From the IMG/VR virus record IMGVR_UViG_3300020084_000003, positions 62,001-126,000 of that record: 64,000 bases of DNA; one strand, given 5' to 3'. The first letter of the stretch is position 1; every line of letters starts with the position of its first letter. Positions 20,842-30,511 of this stretch are shown piece by piece. A program made the position numbers and the translations under genes. The notes below the pieces were generated by a model, which did no database searches, was not told the DNA's origin, and worked only from the letters and a program-made list of their open reading frames with translations.

Positions 20842-21032
20842 ATAATACAAGTTTAATACGAGAACAAGCATCCAAAGCCTTACTTAATACAGATAGTAAG
20901 GCTTTGGAAGAATATAAGTTTAAGAAAAAATTATTACGAGATATAAATACTTTGAAAGAGCAAGTAGATGGTTTGCAGCGAGAGAATGCTGAACTTAAAA
21001 ATAGGCTCGACAGGATAGAGAACAAATTATAA
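20838..21032 (+). CDS. Small coiled-coil virion-region protein
   Basis: Overlaps the upstream stop (ATGA); heptad pattern; small ORFs with an SKALLNTD-like motif commonly follow VrlC genes. Confidence 0.7.
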   Translation: MNNTSLIREQASKALLNTDSKALEEYKFKKKLLRDINTLKEQVDGLQRENAELKNRLDRIENKL

Positions 21033-21049
21033 AATAGGGGCTAATTTAT

Positions 21050-24000
21050 ATGTCAAAACCCATTTATGTTGGTGCTAATGTGTCAACCACTGACACATTT
21101 AGTCAATGGTTGTCCAGAACAAATCAAATTATATTCGATATGGGAACGACTGTAGTAACTACAGCAAACGTCCTACAACCAAATACAACTAACGGTGCGT
21201 TGACTGCCGGTAACGCGCACGTAGCGGGTGTTTTTAGTGCAAACTCATTGGTGGCTACCTCTTCTTTGAGAGGCGGCACAGTAAGCACACCAGCTAACTT
21301 GGTGATAACATCAAATACAATATTTTCTCAGTCAGCATTGATTGCAATTCAAGCTAACACTGCTAACTTCAACGTTCAGGCTAACACCACAACTGTTAAT
21401 GGAAACTTTGCAATGTCCAACACTGCAAAGACATTTACCGTTCATGCAAATAGCACAACTATTTCTCATGGCCCGTTCACCGTGTCTTCAAACTCAGCCT
21501 TTACCGGCGCATTTGTCGATGTTAATGGATCAAATCTTACAGTAACATCAAATACAAGCGTTTCAGCTACCACAATAAACATGGCAGGAAACGTAACCAT
21601 AACTGGTGTGAACACAAATATTTATTCTACAAATATAAATCTTGGTGACGATGCCACAGATACCGTGTTTGCATTTGCTAGATTTGGAAGACACATAATC
21701 CCAACTGGAACAACTGTTGACATAGGAAATACTTCACTTAATTTTGGAAACGTTCACGCTACAAATGGTGTTTATTCAAATGACATGACCGTTGGTCGCG
21801 ATACTACTACACAAAGAAATCTATTTGTTAATGGAACAGAAGCGAGAGTTCAAGGATTTGTTAACGCTAATGCTCTTTACTCTAGATCATCTGTAGAAAG
21901 AGGCATTTTCTATAACAACACTAGCTTGGTAGAAACATCTTCAAACTTCACATATCAAAATGGTAGAGTTTCAATACTAGGAACAAACGCGACATTTGAA
22001 TCTTTCACAACTACAGGTGGTGGTAGCTTTGGTGGAACATTGAATGTTGGAAATACTGCAAACGTTGCGGTGGATGCAAATATAGGCCAAAATGCCAATA
22101 CAAACAATTTGCGCGTAAGATCAATACCAGTGAACAGAATAGCATATACTGATGCAAACAGCGTCATGATATCCACTGCAAACTTGACCTACAACGGCAC
22201 TCTTCTTGCAATAAACACTGCCTCCGATTCAACTACTGCATTTACTGTAAGAGGTTCCGGTTCTGTAACTGGCAACTGGAACGCAAACGGAGCTTTGACA
22301 GTAGGTTCAACTGCAACTATCGGTGCAAATACCACAATAAATGGTGCAGAGGTTAGAGTAACTGGATTTGTAAACGCTAACGCTCTATTCGCCCGTTCTG
22401 CTGTCAACAGAGGTTTGTTCTATTCAAATGCTGGGTCATTGGAGACTTCTGCAAACTTCATCTATAACGGTGGCACACTTAGCGTAAATGGAACAACTGC
22501 TGCGGCACTCGGTTTTACTACAACTGGTTCTGGTAGCTTTGGTGGTAGCGTTGACGTTGCTGCAAATACAAATATTGGTGTTGATGCCAATATTGCAGCT
22601 AATGCCAATACAAACAACTTGCGTGTAAGATCAATTCCGACAAACAGAATACCATACGCAAACGCTACAAACTTCATGGTTTCAAGTGCCAACCTTACAT
22701 ATAATGGAACATTGTTGGCCGTAACTGGCGCAAGCAATGTGACTTCCGTATTTACTGCTACTGGTTCTGCAACTGTCACAGGTGCGTTGACCGTAGGTGG
22801 AGCAACTGGTGTTGGCGGCGAATTGGCTGTTTCTGGGAATACTAACGTTCAAAGTAACATCAATATATCCTCTGGTGCAAATACCGATACTTTAAGAGTA
22901 AGAAGTTTGATTGCAAATAATGGTATTGCTGTAACTGACGGGACCACTGGAAATATTGTTTCAAGCGGAAACTTTACATTCAATAACCAGTCTTTGGTTG
23001 TAAATGGTGCAAATAGCTCTTCGATCACAATACAAACTAACGGCGACTTGATTGCTGGTGGTAGCGGTTCGTTCTTTAGAAATCTAGATGTTAATGGTAA
23101 CACAGTCATTAACGGTGACTTGACTGTTAACGGTAGAACATTTATGGCTGCAAACAGCGCATTCACCATTCCTGCTGATTCTACAGTATCTAAGATAACT
23201 GTAACTCAAGAAATAGAAATGGCTAATACGGCTAGAGTCGCTGGTAATATAATGCCAAGAGTTAATAATCTAAATGATGTGGGTTCAGAGACTAGTATAT
23301 ATCGCTCAGTTTATGCAAACACATTTGTTGGTAATATTTCTTGGAATGGTGTTACTGATAGACCAAGCCCTGTATTGACCTTCGCTGGTGGTGATACTAC
23401 TGGTAACGGAGCTATGACAAGTTTGGGTGGAGTTTCAATAGCATTAACCACTAGAAGTGCAAACAGCACTGCATCTGGTGTAGTTAATACTGCTGCACAA
23501 ACTTTCTCTGGCGTAAAAACTTTTGCAAATACTATAACTGGCAGCATAAACGGAAACGCAAATACTGCAACCCGTTTCCAAACTGCAAGAACAATAAATG
23601 AAACTTCATTTGATGGTTCATCAAACATAACAATTGCTACTAGAGTTGTGACTGCAAATACCAATAGCAACATTTCTGCCCCAATGGCATTTGTCAACTC
23701 AGATATTGCGGCTACTAGCAATGGTTCAATTAGAGATATTGCATATGATTCCAGATTTACCTATCATCTAGAAACTGGCTCATTGAGAGTTATTGATGTT
23801 AACTCATCTTCTGATGCAAGAAAAAAATATAACATAAAAACCATTGAAAATTCTCTAAATAAGGTTAGCAGAATGAGAGGCGTCGAATATGACAGATTTG
23901 ATACCGATCTTCATTATGTTGGTGTTATAGCTCAAGAAATGGAAGAAATTATTCCAGAAGTCGTTAATGAAGATGCCGATGGGTTCAAATATGTTTCATA

Positions 24001-24088
24001 CGGCAACTTGGTTGGCGTTTTGATTGAGGCTATTAAAGACCTTAAAAATAAAGTAGATGTTCTAGAAGAAAAGTTGAAGGATCGCTAA
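21050..24088 (+). CDS. Tail fibre/spike protein with C-terminal intramolecular chaperone (peptidase S74-like)
   Basis: N-terminal TDTFSQWLSRTN; Asn/Thr/Gly-rich beta repeats; C-terminal SSDARKKYNI..GVIAQEMEEIIPEVV..VSYGNLVGVLIEAIKDL. Confidence 0.85.
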   Translation: MSKPIYVGANVSTTDTFSQWLSRTNQIIFDMGTTVVTTANVLQPNTTNGALTAGNAHVAGVFSANSLVATSSLRGGTVSTPANLVITSNTIFSQSALIAIQANTANFNVQANTTTVNGNFAMSNTAKTFTVHANSTTISHGPFTVSSNSAFTGAFVDVNGSNLTVTSNTSVSATTINMAGNVTITGVNTNIYSTNINLGDDATDTVFAFARFGRHIIPTGTTVDIGNTSLNFGNVHATNGVYSNDMTVGRDTTTQRNLFVNGTEARVQGFVNANALYSRSSVERGIFYNNTSLVETSSNFTYQNGRVSILGTNATFESFTTTGGGSFGGTLNVGNTANVAVDANIGQNANTNNLRVRSIPVNRIAYTDANSVMISTANLTYNGTLLAINTASDSTTAFTVRGSGSVTGNWNANGALTVGSTATIGANTTINGAEVRVTGFVNANALFARSAVNRGLFYSNAGSLETSANFIYNGGTLSVNGTTAAALGFTTTGSGSFGGSVDVAANTNIGVDANIAANANTNNLRVRSIPTNRIPYANATNFMVSSANLTYNGTLLAVTGASNVTSVFTATGSATVTGALTVGGATGVGGELAVSGNTNVQSNINISSGANTDTLRVRSLIANNGIAVTDGTTGNIVSSGNFTFNNQSLVVNGANSSSITIQTNGDLIAGGSGSFFRNLDVNGNTVINGDLTVNGRTFMAANSAFTIPADSTVSKITVTQEIEMANTARVAGNIMPRVNNLNDVGSETSIYRSVYANTFVGNISWNGVTDRPSPVLTFAGGDTTGNGAMTSLGGVSIALTTRSANSTASGVVNTAAQTFSGVKTFANTITGSINGNANTATRFQTARTINETSFDGSSNITIATRVVTANTNSNISAPMAFVNSDIAATSNGSIRDIAYDSRFTYHLETGSLRVIDVNSSSDARKKYNIKTIENSLNKVSRMRGVEYDRFDTDLHYVGVIAQEMEEIIPEVVNEDADGFKYVSYGNLVGVLIEAIKDLKNKVDVLEEKLKDR

Positions 24089-26605
24089 ATGGCATATGAA
24101 ATTAGAGGCACGGTAATAGTTGACGACAATAGAAATATTGTTGGAGCAAACACATATAACGGCTATGTCCCGGTAAACCCAAATTTGACAATATCTGCTG
24201 GCAACGGTATGAACGGAGGCGGATCACTATCTTCAAACCTATCATTTACAATCAGAGCCGGTAATGGATTGATTGCAAACACTTCCGGTCTACACGTAGC
24301 GCCCGGCAATGGCTTAATTGCAAATAATACCAACTTGACAGTAGATACGGTCTATTTCAATGAGCGTTATACAAATTATGCAAACGTAAACAGCTTTTCA
24401 AATACTCAAACATTTGAACAAGCTATGGGTGCGACTGCGAACGCCCATTTTGCTTTCGCATACGGACATTCTCAGGGTGCATCACCAACCGATGCTCCAA
24501 TTGCACAACAATCCAATGGTCTTTATTTAAAAAATCCTTGGAGATATAGCCAAATCCACTTCACCCCCGGCAACAGAATTTTTACAAGAAGTGACTCAGA
24601 TTGGGCAGAATTGTGGCACTCAGGCAACTTGCCGAACCCTGCTTTAAATTCTACTATTATTGCTACTGGTAATGGTCTTTCTGGCGGTGGAAACTTAACC
24701 GCAAACAGAACATTGGCAGTTGTGGGTGGTGCAGGAATAGTTTCAAACGCATCCGGCGTTCACGTTGCTGCTGGTGATGGTCTAGCAGTAAACTCATCTT
24801 CATTATCTGTAGCAAATACTATTGCAAGAGTTACATATGTAGATAGCACAGCAAATACCATTGCTGGAAGAACTATCGCTACTGGAAACGGTTTGACAGG
24901 TGGTGGAAACTTAACTGCAAACAGAACATTGTCTGTAGTCGCTGGTGCTGGTTTGACTGCAAACTCAACTGGCGTTCACGTGGTTGCTGGCGCTGGTTTG
25001 GTAACAAATTCTACTCATGTTTATATCCAAACCGGAAACGGCATGACTGCAAACTCTACTCATTTGTTTGTAAATGCTGGTGACGGTATAGTTGTATCTT
25101 CTACCGGTGTTGCAGTTGACTCTACTGTAGTTAGAAATAATACAAGCCAAGTAATTAATGGTGATATTTCAGTAAGAGCTAACGAAAACGTTGCAACTAC
25201 TCATATATGGATGCGTAACAATGACAGTTCTATCAGAGGATTGATCTATGCTGGCGCGGCAGATTCATCTATGATTATAAGACCATATAACTCAAATGGT
25301 CTAGGTGGAAGCTATAACTTCATATTTAACTCAAACGGAAGGTTTACAACTGCTTCTATATCCGGTGACGGTTCAGCGTTGACTTCACTTCCAGCCGAAC
25401 AATTGACCGGAACTATAAATGACGCGAGAATTGCATCTACTATTGCAAGATCAGCAATAACAATATCTCCGGGTAATGGTCTTACCGGTGGTGGTAACTT
25501 AACTGCAAACAGAACATTGGCAGTAGGTCAAGGCAACGGTATTAGCGTAAACTCTACTGCGGTTTCTGTAAATGCTGGAAACGGCATGGCCTCAGAGTCA
25601 AGCGGAATTAGAGTAGTTGGTGGAAATGGTTTGGCAGTAAACACCACAGGCGTTCATGTCGTGACTTCTGGTGGCCTTAGCACAAACTCTACTCACGTAT
25701 TTGTAAATACTGGAAACGGATTGACCAACAATACTACACATTTGTCTGTAGTGAGCGGTGATGGTGTTACATTTAATGCCAGCGGTGGAGTATCTGTAGA
25801 TAGCTCTGTAGTCAGAACAGGATTGACAATAACAACTACTAACGGTTTGGCTGGCGGCGGAAACCTATCTTCAAACAGAACATTGTCTGTTGTAGCTGGT
25901 AACGGATTGCTTGCAAACTCTACCGGCGTCCATGTCAACACTGGACCGGGGCTTACTGCCAACGCAACTCATGTTTTTGTTAATACAATTGGTGTTGGTT
26001 TTATCATTGGTGGAACAGGGCTTGCCATAGATTTCGCAAGAGTAGTAGGAACTGGCAGAAACATTATTGCTGGTAATGGTCTTTCTGGCGGTGGCAACTT
26101 AACAAATGATAGAACTATTCATGTAAACCCCGGAACTGGATTGGTCACAAACTCCACCCACGTTTATATTCAAACTGGAAACGGTTTGGGTTCAAACTCT
26201 ACACATTTGTTCGTAAATGCTGGTAACGGTCTTACTTCGGAAGCGGATGGTATCAGACTTGGAAACCCCGGTTCAATTACCGCTACTTCAACAAACTCAG
26301 TTTCATCATCAAGCCATACCCATGCCATAACAGAAGGCACAATTCGTTCGCTGATATCTGATGGGCCAGTTGGCGGTATTGGAACTTATGCAATGCTAAG
26401 ACAAGACGGCGGTGCTACACAGAGAGGCGACACAAGGGCTGGTTCTGGTATGACATATTCAGCGTGTAGCGGTAGAACATCACATGACGGGTTCTTTGGT
26501 AGCTCACGTCCCGGTGGAACATGGATGTGTATGGGTGTGGCATCGGCCTATAGCGGTAACAATGACGGCGGCGGCAACACAACATTGTGGATGCGAGTAT
26601 CATAA
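24089..26605 (+). CDS. Tail fibre protein with GNGL(S/T)GGGNLTANRT repeats
   Basis: Multiple Gly/Asn repeats; fibre-tip-type C-terminus GGIGTYAML..PGGTWMCMG..TLWMRVS. Confidence 0.8.
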   Translation: MAYEIRGTVIVDDNRNIVGANTYNGYVPVNPNLTISAGNGMNGGGSLSSNLSFTIRAGNGLIANTSGLHVAPGNGLIANNTNLTVDTVYFNERYTNYANVNSFSNTQTFEQAMGATANAHFAFAYGHSQGASPTDAPIAQQSNGLYLKNPWRYSQIHFTPGNRIFTRSDSDWAELWHSGNLPNPALNSTIIATGNGLSGGGNLTANRTLAVVGGAGIVSNASGVHVAAGDGLAVNSSSLSVANTIARVTYVDSTANTIAGRTIATGNGLTGGGNLTANRTLSVVAGAGLTANSTGVHVVAGAGLVTNSTHVYIQTGNGMTANSTHLFVNAGDGIVVSSTGVAVDSTVVRNNTSQVINGDISVRANENVATTHIWMRNNDSSIRGLIYAGAADSSMIIRPYNSNGLGGSYNFIFNSNGRFTTASISGDGSALTSLPAEQLTGTINDARIASTIARSAITISPGNGLTGGGNLTANRTLAVGQGNGISVNSTAVSVNAGNGMASESSGIRVVGGNGLAVNTTGVHVVTSGGLSTNSTHVFVNTGNGLTNNTTHLSVVSGDGVTFNASGGVSVDSSVVRTGLTITTTNGLAGGGNLSSNRTLSVVAGNGLLANSTGVHVNTGPGLTANATHVFVNTIGVGFIIGGTGLAIDFARVVGTGRNIIAGNGLSGGGNLTNDRTIHVNPGTGLVTNSTHVYIQTGNGLGSNSTHLFVNAGNGLTSEADGIRLGNPGSITATSTNSVSSSSHTHAITEGTIRSLISDGPVGGIGTYAMLRQDGGATQRGDTRAGSGMTYSACSGRTSHDGFFGSSRPGGTWMCMGVASAYSGNNDGGGNTTLWMRVS

Positions 26606-26619
26606 AAGAGGAATAAATT

Positions 26620-27156
26620 ATGCAAGTAAAAAATATCAAACGTGTAACAGAGACAGAAATAACATGTGAAATTAAACATCCAAAATATGGATGGATTCCT
26701 TATACCGCAATGGCGAATAGCGGCGAAGAAGACATGGAAAAGATATGGCAAAAGTGCAATACTGAGGATTTGGAATATGACACAGAAATTCTTAGAAATA
26801 GATATCGTTCAGACATTATAGCAAAAATGGATTATGGTGTTTTTGCCTTAATATCTCAGTATACAGACAGAGAGCAATCTTTATTCGATACTAAAGTAAT
26901 AGAAGCTGAAAAAGTTTTAGCTGGTGGAAAGTCTACATTATTAGAAACAGAGGCGAATATCAAAAAAATTACTGTTAAAAAATTGGCAGAAAATATTAAA
27001 AGCAAGAGTGACAAATATAGAGAAATGATAGTCAAGGTTGAGGCATCCAAGCCTATCGTTTATGAAGCATTTCAAAATCTAACCTCTTTGGAAGAAATAA
27101 ACGCTACAAGAGATAAATACATGAAGTTAGCATTAGAAATCACTAATGCGGAATAA
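26620..27156 (+). CDS. Probable tail fibre assembly chaperone
   Basis: CEIKHPKYGWIPYTA motif; directly downstream of the fibre gene. Confidence 0.65.
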   Translation: MQVKNIKRVTETEITCEIKHPKYGWIPYTAMANSGEEDMEKIWQKCNTEDLEYDTEILRNRYRSDIIAKMDYGVFALISQYTDREQSLFDTKVIEAEKVLAGGKSTLLETEANIKKITVKKLAENIKSKSDKYREMIVKVEASKPIVYEAFQNLTSLEEINATRDKYMKLALEITNAE

Positions 27157-27173
27157 AACGGAAGGTAAATGAA

Positions 27174-27911
27174 ATGGCACAACCAACTACCAGAGATGAA
27201 TTTAAAGACTACTGTTTAAGAAAATTGGGTGCGCCAGTTATCAATATAGATATGTCTGATGAGCAGATTGAAGATCGTATTGATGAAGCAATTTCTTTTT
27301 GGAGAGATTATCATTATGATGGTAGTGAGTTGACATATTTCAAGCATCAACTTACAGAAGAAGATGTAACTAATGGTTATATTACCGTCCCAAGCGATGC
27401 AATTGGTGTAGTCAGAATATTCAATTTTGGTGGAAAATTTGCTGGATTGGGCGGCGGCATATTCAATGCTCAATACCAATTCATGCTGAACAATATTACA
27501 ACTTTAAACTCTGGTGGTCTTAGTGATTACTATGCCATGAGAACCAACCTTTCATTGATTGAAGAAGTTTTGGTTGGTATGCCTATCATAAGATTCAATC
27601 GCCATTCAAATAAATTACATTTGGATAGTAGTGCCGGTAAATTGGTGGTTGGTCAATATATCATCATTGAAGGTTATGCGACAGTAGAAACCGCAGATGT
27701 TTGGTCAGACAGATGGCTTCAAAATTATGCAGCATGTTTGATTAAAGAAAATTGGGGCGGAAACTTGACCAAATATACAAACATGCAAATGGTTGGTGGC
27801 ATGATGTTCAACGGTGAAAAAATTCTGGATGACGCAAAAGAGGAAAGAAGAAAACTAGAAGAGGAAGTAATTATAGGTTTCTCCCCTCTTATTAGAAGCT
27901 TCTACGGATAA
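27174..27911 (+). CDS. gp13: Neck protein gp13
   Basis: DYCLRKLGAPVINIDMSDEQIEDRIDEA..YHYDG; WGGNLTKY. Confidence 0.93.
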   Translation: MAQPTTRDEFKDYCLRKLGAPVINIDMSDEQIEDRIDEAISFWRDYHYDGSELTYFKHQLTEEDVTNGYITVPSDAIGVVRIFNFGGKFAGLGGGIFNAQYQFMLNNITTLNSGGLSDYYAMRTNLSLIEEVLVGMPIIRFNRHSNKLHLDSSAGKLVVGQYIIIEGYATVETADVWSDRWLQNYAACLIKENWGGNLTKYTNMQMVGGMMFNGEKILDDAKEERRKLEEEVIIGFSPLIRSFYG

Positions 27912-27914
27912 TAA

Positions 27915-28592
27915 ATGGCAACAAATCGTTTTTTCAATAACTACCGCTCTGCAAATGAACAAGAGTTAATAAACAATCTTGTAGTAGAATCAATCCAAAT
28001 TTTTGGAATTGATACATATTATGTTGCAAGACGTTTGGACAATGTAGATGATATTCTTAACGAAGCTTCCTTGTCAACATTTGACAGAGCTTTCGAGATG
28101 GAAATGTATCTAAAATCATTTGATTCATTTGAAGGCGACGGTGACATAATGAGCAAATTTGGTCTTGAGATTAAAGACCAATTGGTATTCACTGTTGCAA
28201 TAAAAACTTTCGAAAGACATGTTTGCCAGTTTGATCCTGACATAAAAAGACCGCGCGAGGGAGATTTGGTATATTTCCCCATGAACGATAAATTTTTCAA
28301 GGTTAACTTTGTTGAACATGAATCTGTTCTATACCAAGGCGGCAAACTATTTGTTTATGATTTGAAATGTGAATTGATGGAATTCTCAAATGAAAGATTT
28401 GATACCAAAGTCCCAATGATAGATGAGCATCATGCATTTAGCAGAACTGATAATATCGCAGATATGGAAACTCTTCATGATATTGATCCAATATCTAAAA
28501 ACATATTCTTCGAAGAAGAGTCAGAAGAGTTGATAAACACTAGTGACTTTGATCCATTCAAGGATATCAATATAACATCAATAAGAAAATAA
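27915..28592 (+). CDS. gp14: Neck protein gp14
   Basis: LVVESIQIFGID, SKFGLEIKD, RPREGDLVYFPM, VEHE motifs. Confidence 0.93.
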   Translation: MATNRFFNNYRSANEQELINNLVVESIQIFGIDTYYVARRLDNVDDILNEASLSTFDRAFEMEMYLKSFDSFEGDGDIMSKFGLEIKDQLVFTVAIKTFERHVCQFDPDIKRPREGDLVYFPMNDKFFKVNFVEHESVLYQGGKLFVYDLKCELMEFSNERFDTKVPMIDEHHAFSRTDNIADMETLHDIDPISKNIFFEEESEELINTSDFDPFKDINITSIRK

Positions 28593-28601
28593 GGATATAC
28601 T

Positions 28602-29474
28602 ATGGCCTTTGCGAATCATTTTTATAACAAGCTTACAAGAAAATATGTTGCGGTATTTGGTAGCCTTTTTAATAAACTAACAATAAATCGTTACGACACA
28701 AACGGAGAGCCGGTTCAATCTTTGCCGGTTCCGATAAGCTTTGGACCTTGGCAGAAATTCCTTTTGAAGAACACCGCTGATCCTAATCTAGACAGAAAAT
28801 ATCAAATTCTACTTCCTAGAATGTCTTTTGATCTAGAGAACATATCATATGATCCAGAAAGAAGAGTTTCGCAGATTCAAAAATTGAAAGTTTCAGGCCC
28901 AGACGGAAACGATTTCGTATACACTCCAACGCCTTATATATTAAACTTTACTTTGCATGTGACTGCCTTGAACATGGAAGACGGCATTCAAATAATTGAA
29001 CAAATTATTCCATTCTTCCAGCCTAGCTATACACCTTCTGTTTATTTGATAGATGGACTAGAAGAACCAGTTGATATCTCAATAGATTTGGAGCAAGTGA
29101 CATTTACAGACGCATATGACGGCGACTTTCAATCAAGTAGAGTTATGGTTTGGACATTAATGTTTACCATGAAAGGATATTACTTCGGTCCTGTCAGACA
29201 CGGTAAGGTCATTAAATTTGTGGATGTTCAAAATAAGCTATCCAAAACAAGTGCTTTCGATCAAAATTATCTTGGTTCTATTATCACTGTTCAACCGGGA
29301 ATGGATGCGAATGGTGAACCAACTAAGAACATAGATGAAACCGTAAGTTATGTTTCTATAAATATTGATGATGATTGGGATTATTTGAAACAATTGCACA
29401 CCTTTGAAGAGTTACTTGAAAAAGGCTTATCAGACCAAAATCCTGATCCTCACAGAACCAATGGAAAACTATAG
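28602..29474 (+). CDS. gp15: Tail sheath stabilizer/completion protein gp15
   Basis: FYNKLTRKYVAVFGSLFN, LPRMSF, QIIEQIIPFFQP motifs. Confidence 0.93.
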   Translation: MAFANHFYNKLTRKYVAVFGSLFNKLTINRYDTNGEPVQSLPVPISFGPWQKFLLKNTADPNLDRKYQILLPRMSFDLENISYDPERRVSQIQKLKVSGPDGNDFVYTPTPYILNFTLHVTALNMEDGIQIIEQIIPFFQPSYTPSVYLIDGLEEPVDISIDLEQVTFTDAYDGDFQSSRVMVWTLMFTMKGYYFGPVRHGKVIKFVDVQNKLSKTSAFDQNYLGSIITVQPGMDANGEPTKNIDETVSYVSINIDDDWDYLKQLHTFEELLEKGLSDQNPDPHRTNGKL

Positions 29475-29483
29475 GAAAATTAA

Positions 29484-30020
29484 ATGAGCGATGATATCAT
29501 ATCAAAGGCATTGGGCTTGCCTAGTATGCCTGACATGAGAGATGACGTTAACTCTGAGATAGAAGACGCAGAGATAGTTGAAGAAACTATTGCAGAAGAC
29601 GTGACCGAGAATGAAACAACTCAATCAAATGAATTGGTTGATTATGAAGAAACACATGCTGAAATTATTGACAATGATACAAATGATGTTGCTATATTTG
29701 AATCTGAAATAGATAAAGAATATATTGATGATGTTACTAAGGCCAAGAAAAACGTTTCTAAAATGATAGTGGATGGTCATTGGGCGTTTGAGAAATTACT
29801 TCTCGTCGCCACTCAGACAGAAAATCCAACTGCATTTGATTCTGCTTCTAGATTACTCAAAACTCTAGTTGATGCTAACAAAGAAATGGCTAACCTGTCC
29901 AACATGAAGCGTGACGCAAAAACTATGAAAAATAGAGATGCTAACGGTATTACTAACAACACAACAAATAACACTGTCATTTTAACTACAGCAGAAATAT
30001 TAAAAACACTTAAAAAATGA
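29484..30020 (+). CDS. gp16: Terminase small subunit gp16
   Basis: Position after gp15; helical core ENPTAFDSASRLLKTLVDANKE and NNTTNNTVILTTAEI tail. Confidence 0.75.
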   Translation: MSDDIISKALGLPSMPDMRDDVNSEIEDAEIVEETIAEDVTENETTQSNELVDYEETHAEIIDNDTNDVAIFESEIDKEYIDDVTKAKKNVSKMIVDGHWAFEKLLLVATQTENPTAFDSASRLLKTLVDANKEMANLSNMKRDAKTMKNRDANGITNNTTNNTVILTTAEILKTLKK

Positions 30021-30027
30021 GGTTTAT

Positions 30028-30510
30028 ATGGAAGCTTTTAGTGACAGATTTAATTCGTTATTCACAAATAAAACATTAGTAATAGGTAAAAGAGGCGCAG
30101 GAAAAACATCTCTGTTAATAGAACTAGCAGCAGAGCATTTTCTAAAAGGTAATTTTAGAATACTGATAATAGATAAGGACTACAGTAGTTCTCTTTCCAA
30201 AAGAGATGAAATAGTCAATTTGATAATCAGTAAGAGCGGTGATGATAAAATTATCTCAAAAGTAGACAAAAAAGAAATCGCAAGTGAAAAAATAAATTCT
30301 ATAATAGCATTTGGGACTAGTGAAACTCACAAGATGCGCGGGTATTCCCTCGACGTTGTTTTGCTTGACAATATAGATTTATACGATTTTTACGATTGCA
30401 TGGTCAGTATATATCCATGCCTAGCAACAAATTTAAAATCAAAAATAATAGCAACCTCAACATCCGAAGTGGATGATTTGAGGAATTTTAATAAGGTATA
30501 TATGGAATAA
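30028..30510 (+). CDS. Stand-alone terminase-ATPase-like P-loop protein (degenerate gp17 paralog)
   Basis: Walker A GKRGAGKTS; MRGYSLDVVLLDN..SIYPCL..KIIATSTS aligns with gp17 IRGKAVAFLYIDE..SVYPTI..KVLLTSTP; has a GAGG SD. Confidence 0.7.
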   Translation: MEAFSDRFNSLFTNKTLVIGKRGAGKTSLLIELAAEHFLKGNFRILIIDKDYSSSLSKRDEIVNLIISKSGDDKIISKVDKKEIASEKINSIIAFGTSETHKMRGYSLDVVLLDNIDLYDFYDCMVSIYPCLATNLKSKIIATSTSEVDDLRNFNKVYME

Positions 30511-30511
30511 A

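Noticed and set aside
21050-24088. N-x-S/T sequon abundance in the first fibre as evidence of N-glycosylation
   Set aside because: A rough count is about what the high Asn and Ser/Thr content would give by chance
24650-26230. Repeated ~60-bp units as a possible CRISPR array or DGR template/variable repeat
   Set aside because: The repeats are in-frame, degenerate at synonymous sites and encode fibre repeats; there are no unique spacers, no adenine-specific variation and no reverse transcriptase in the window
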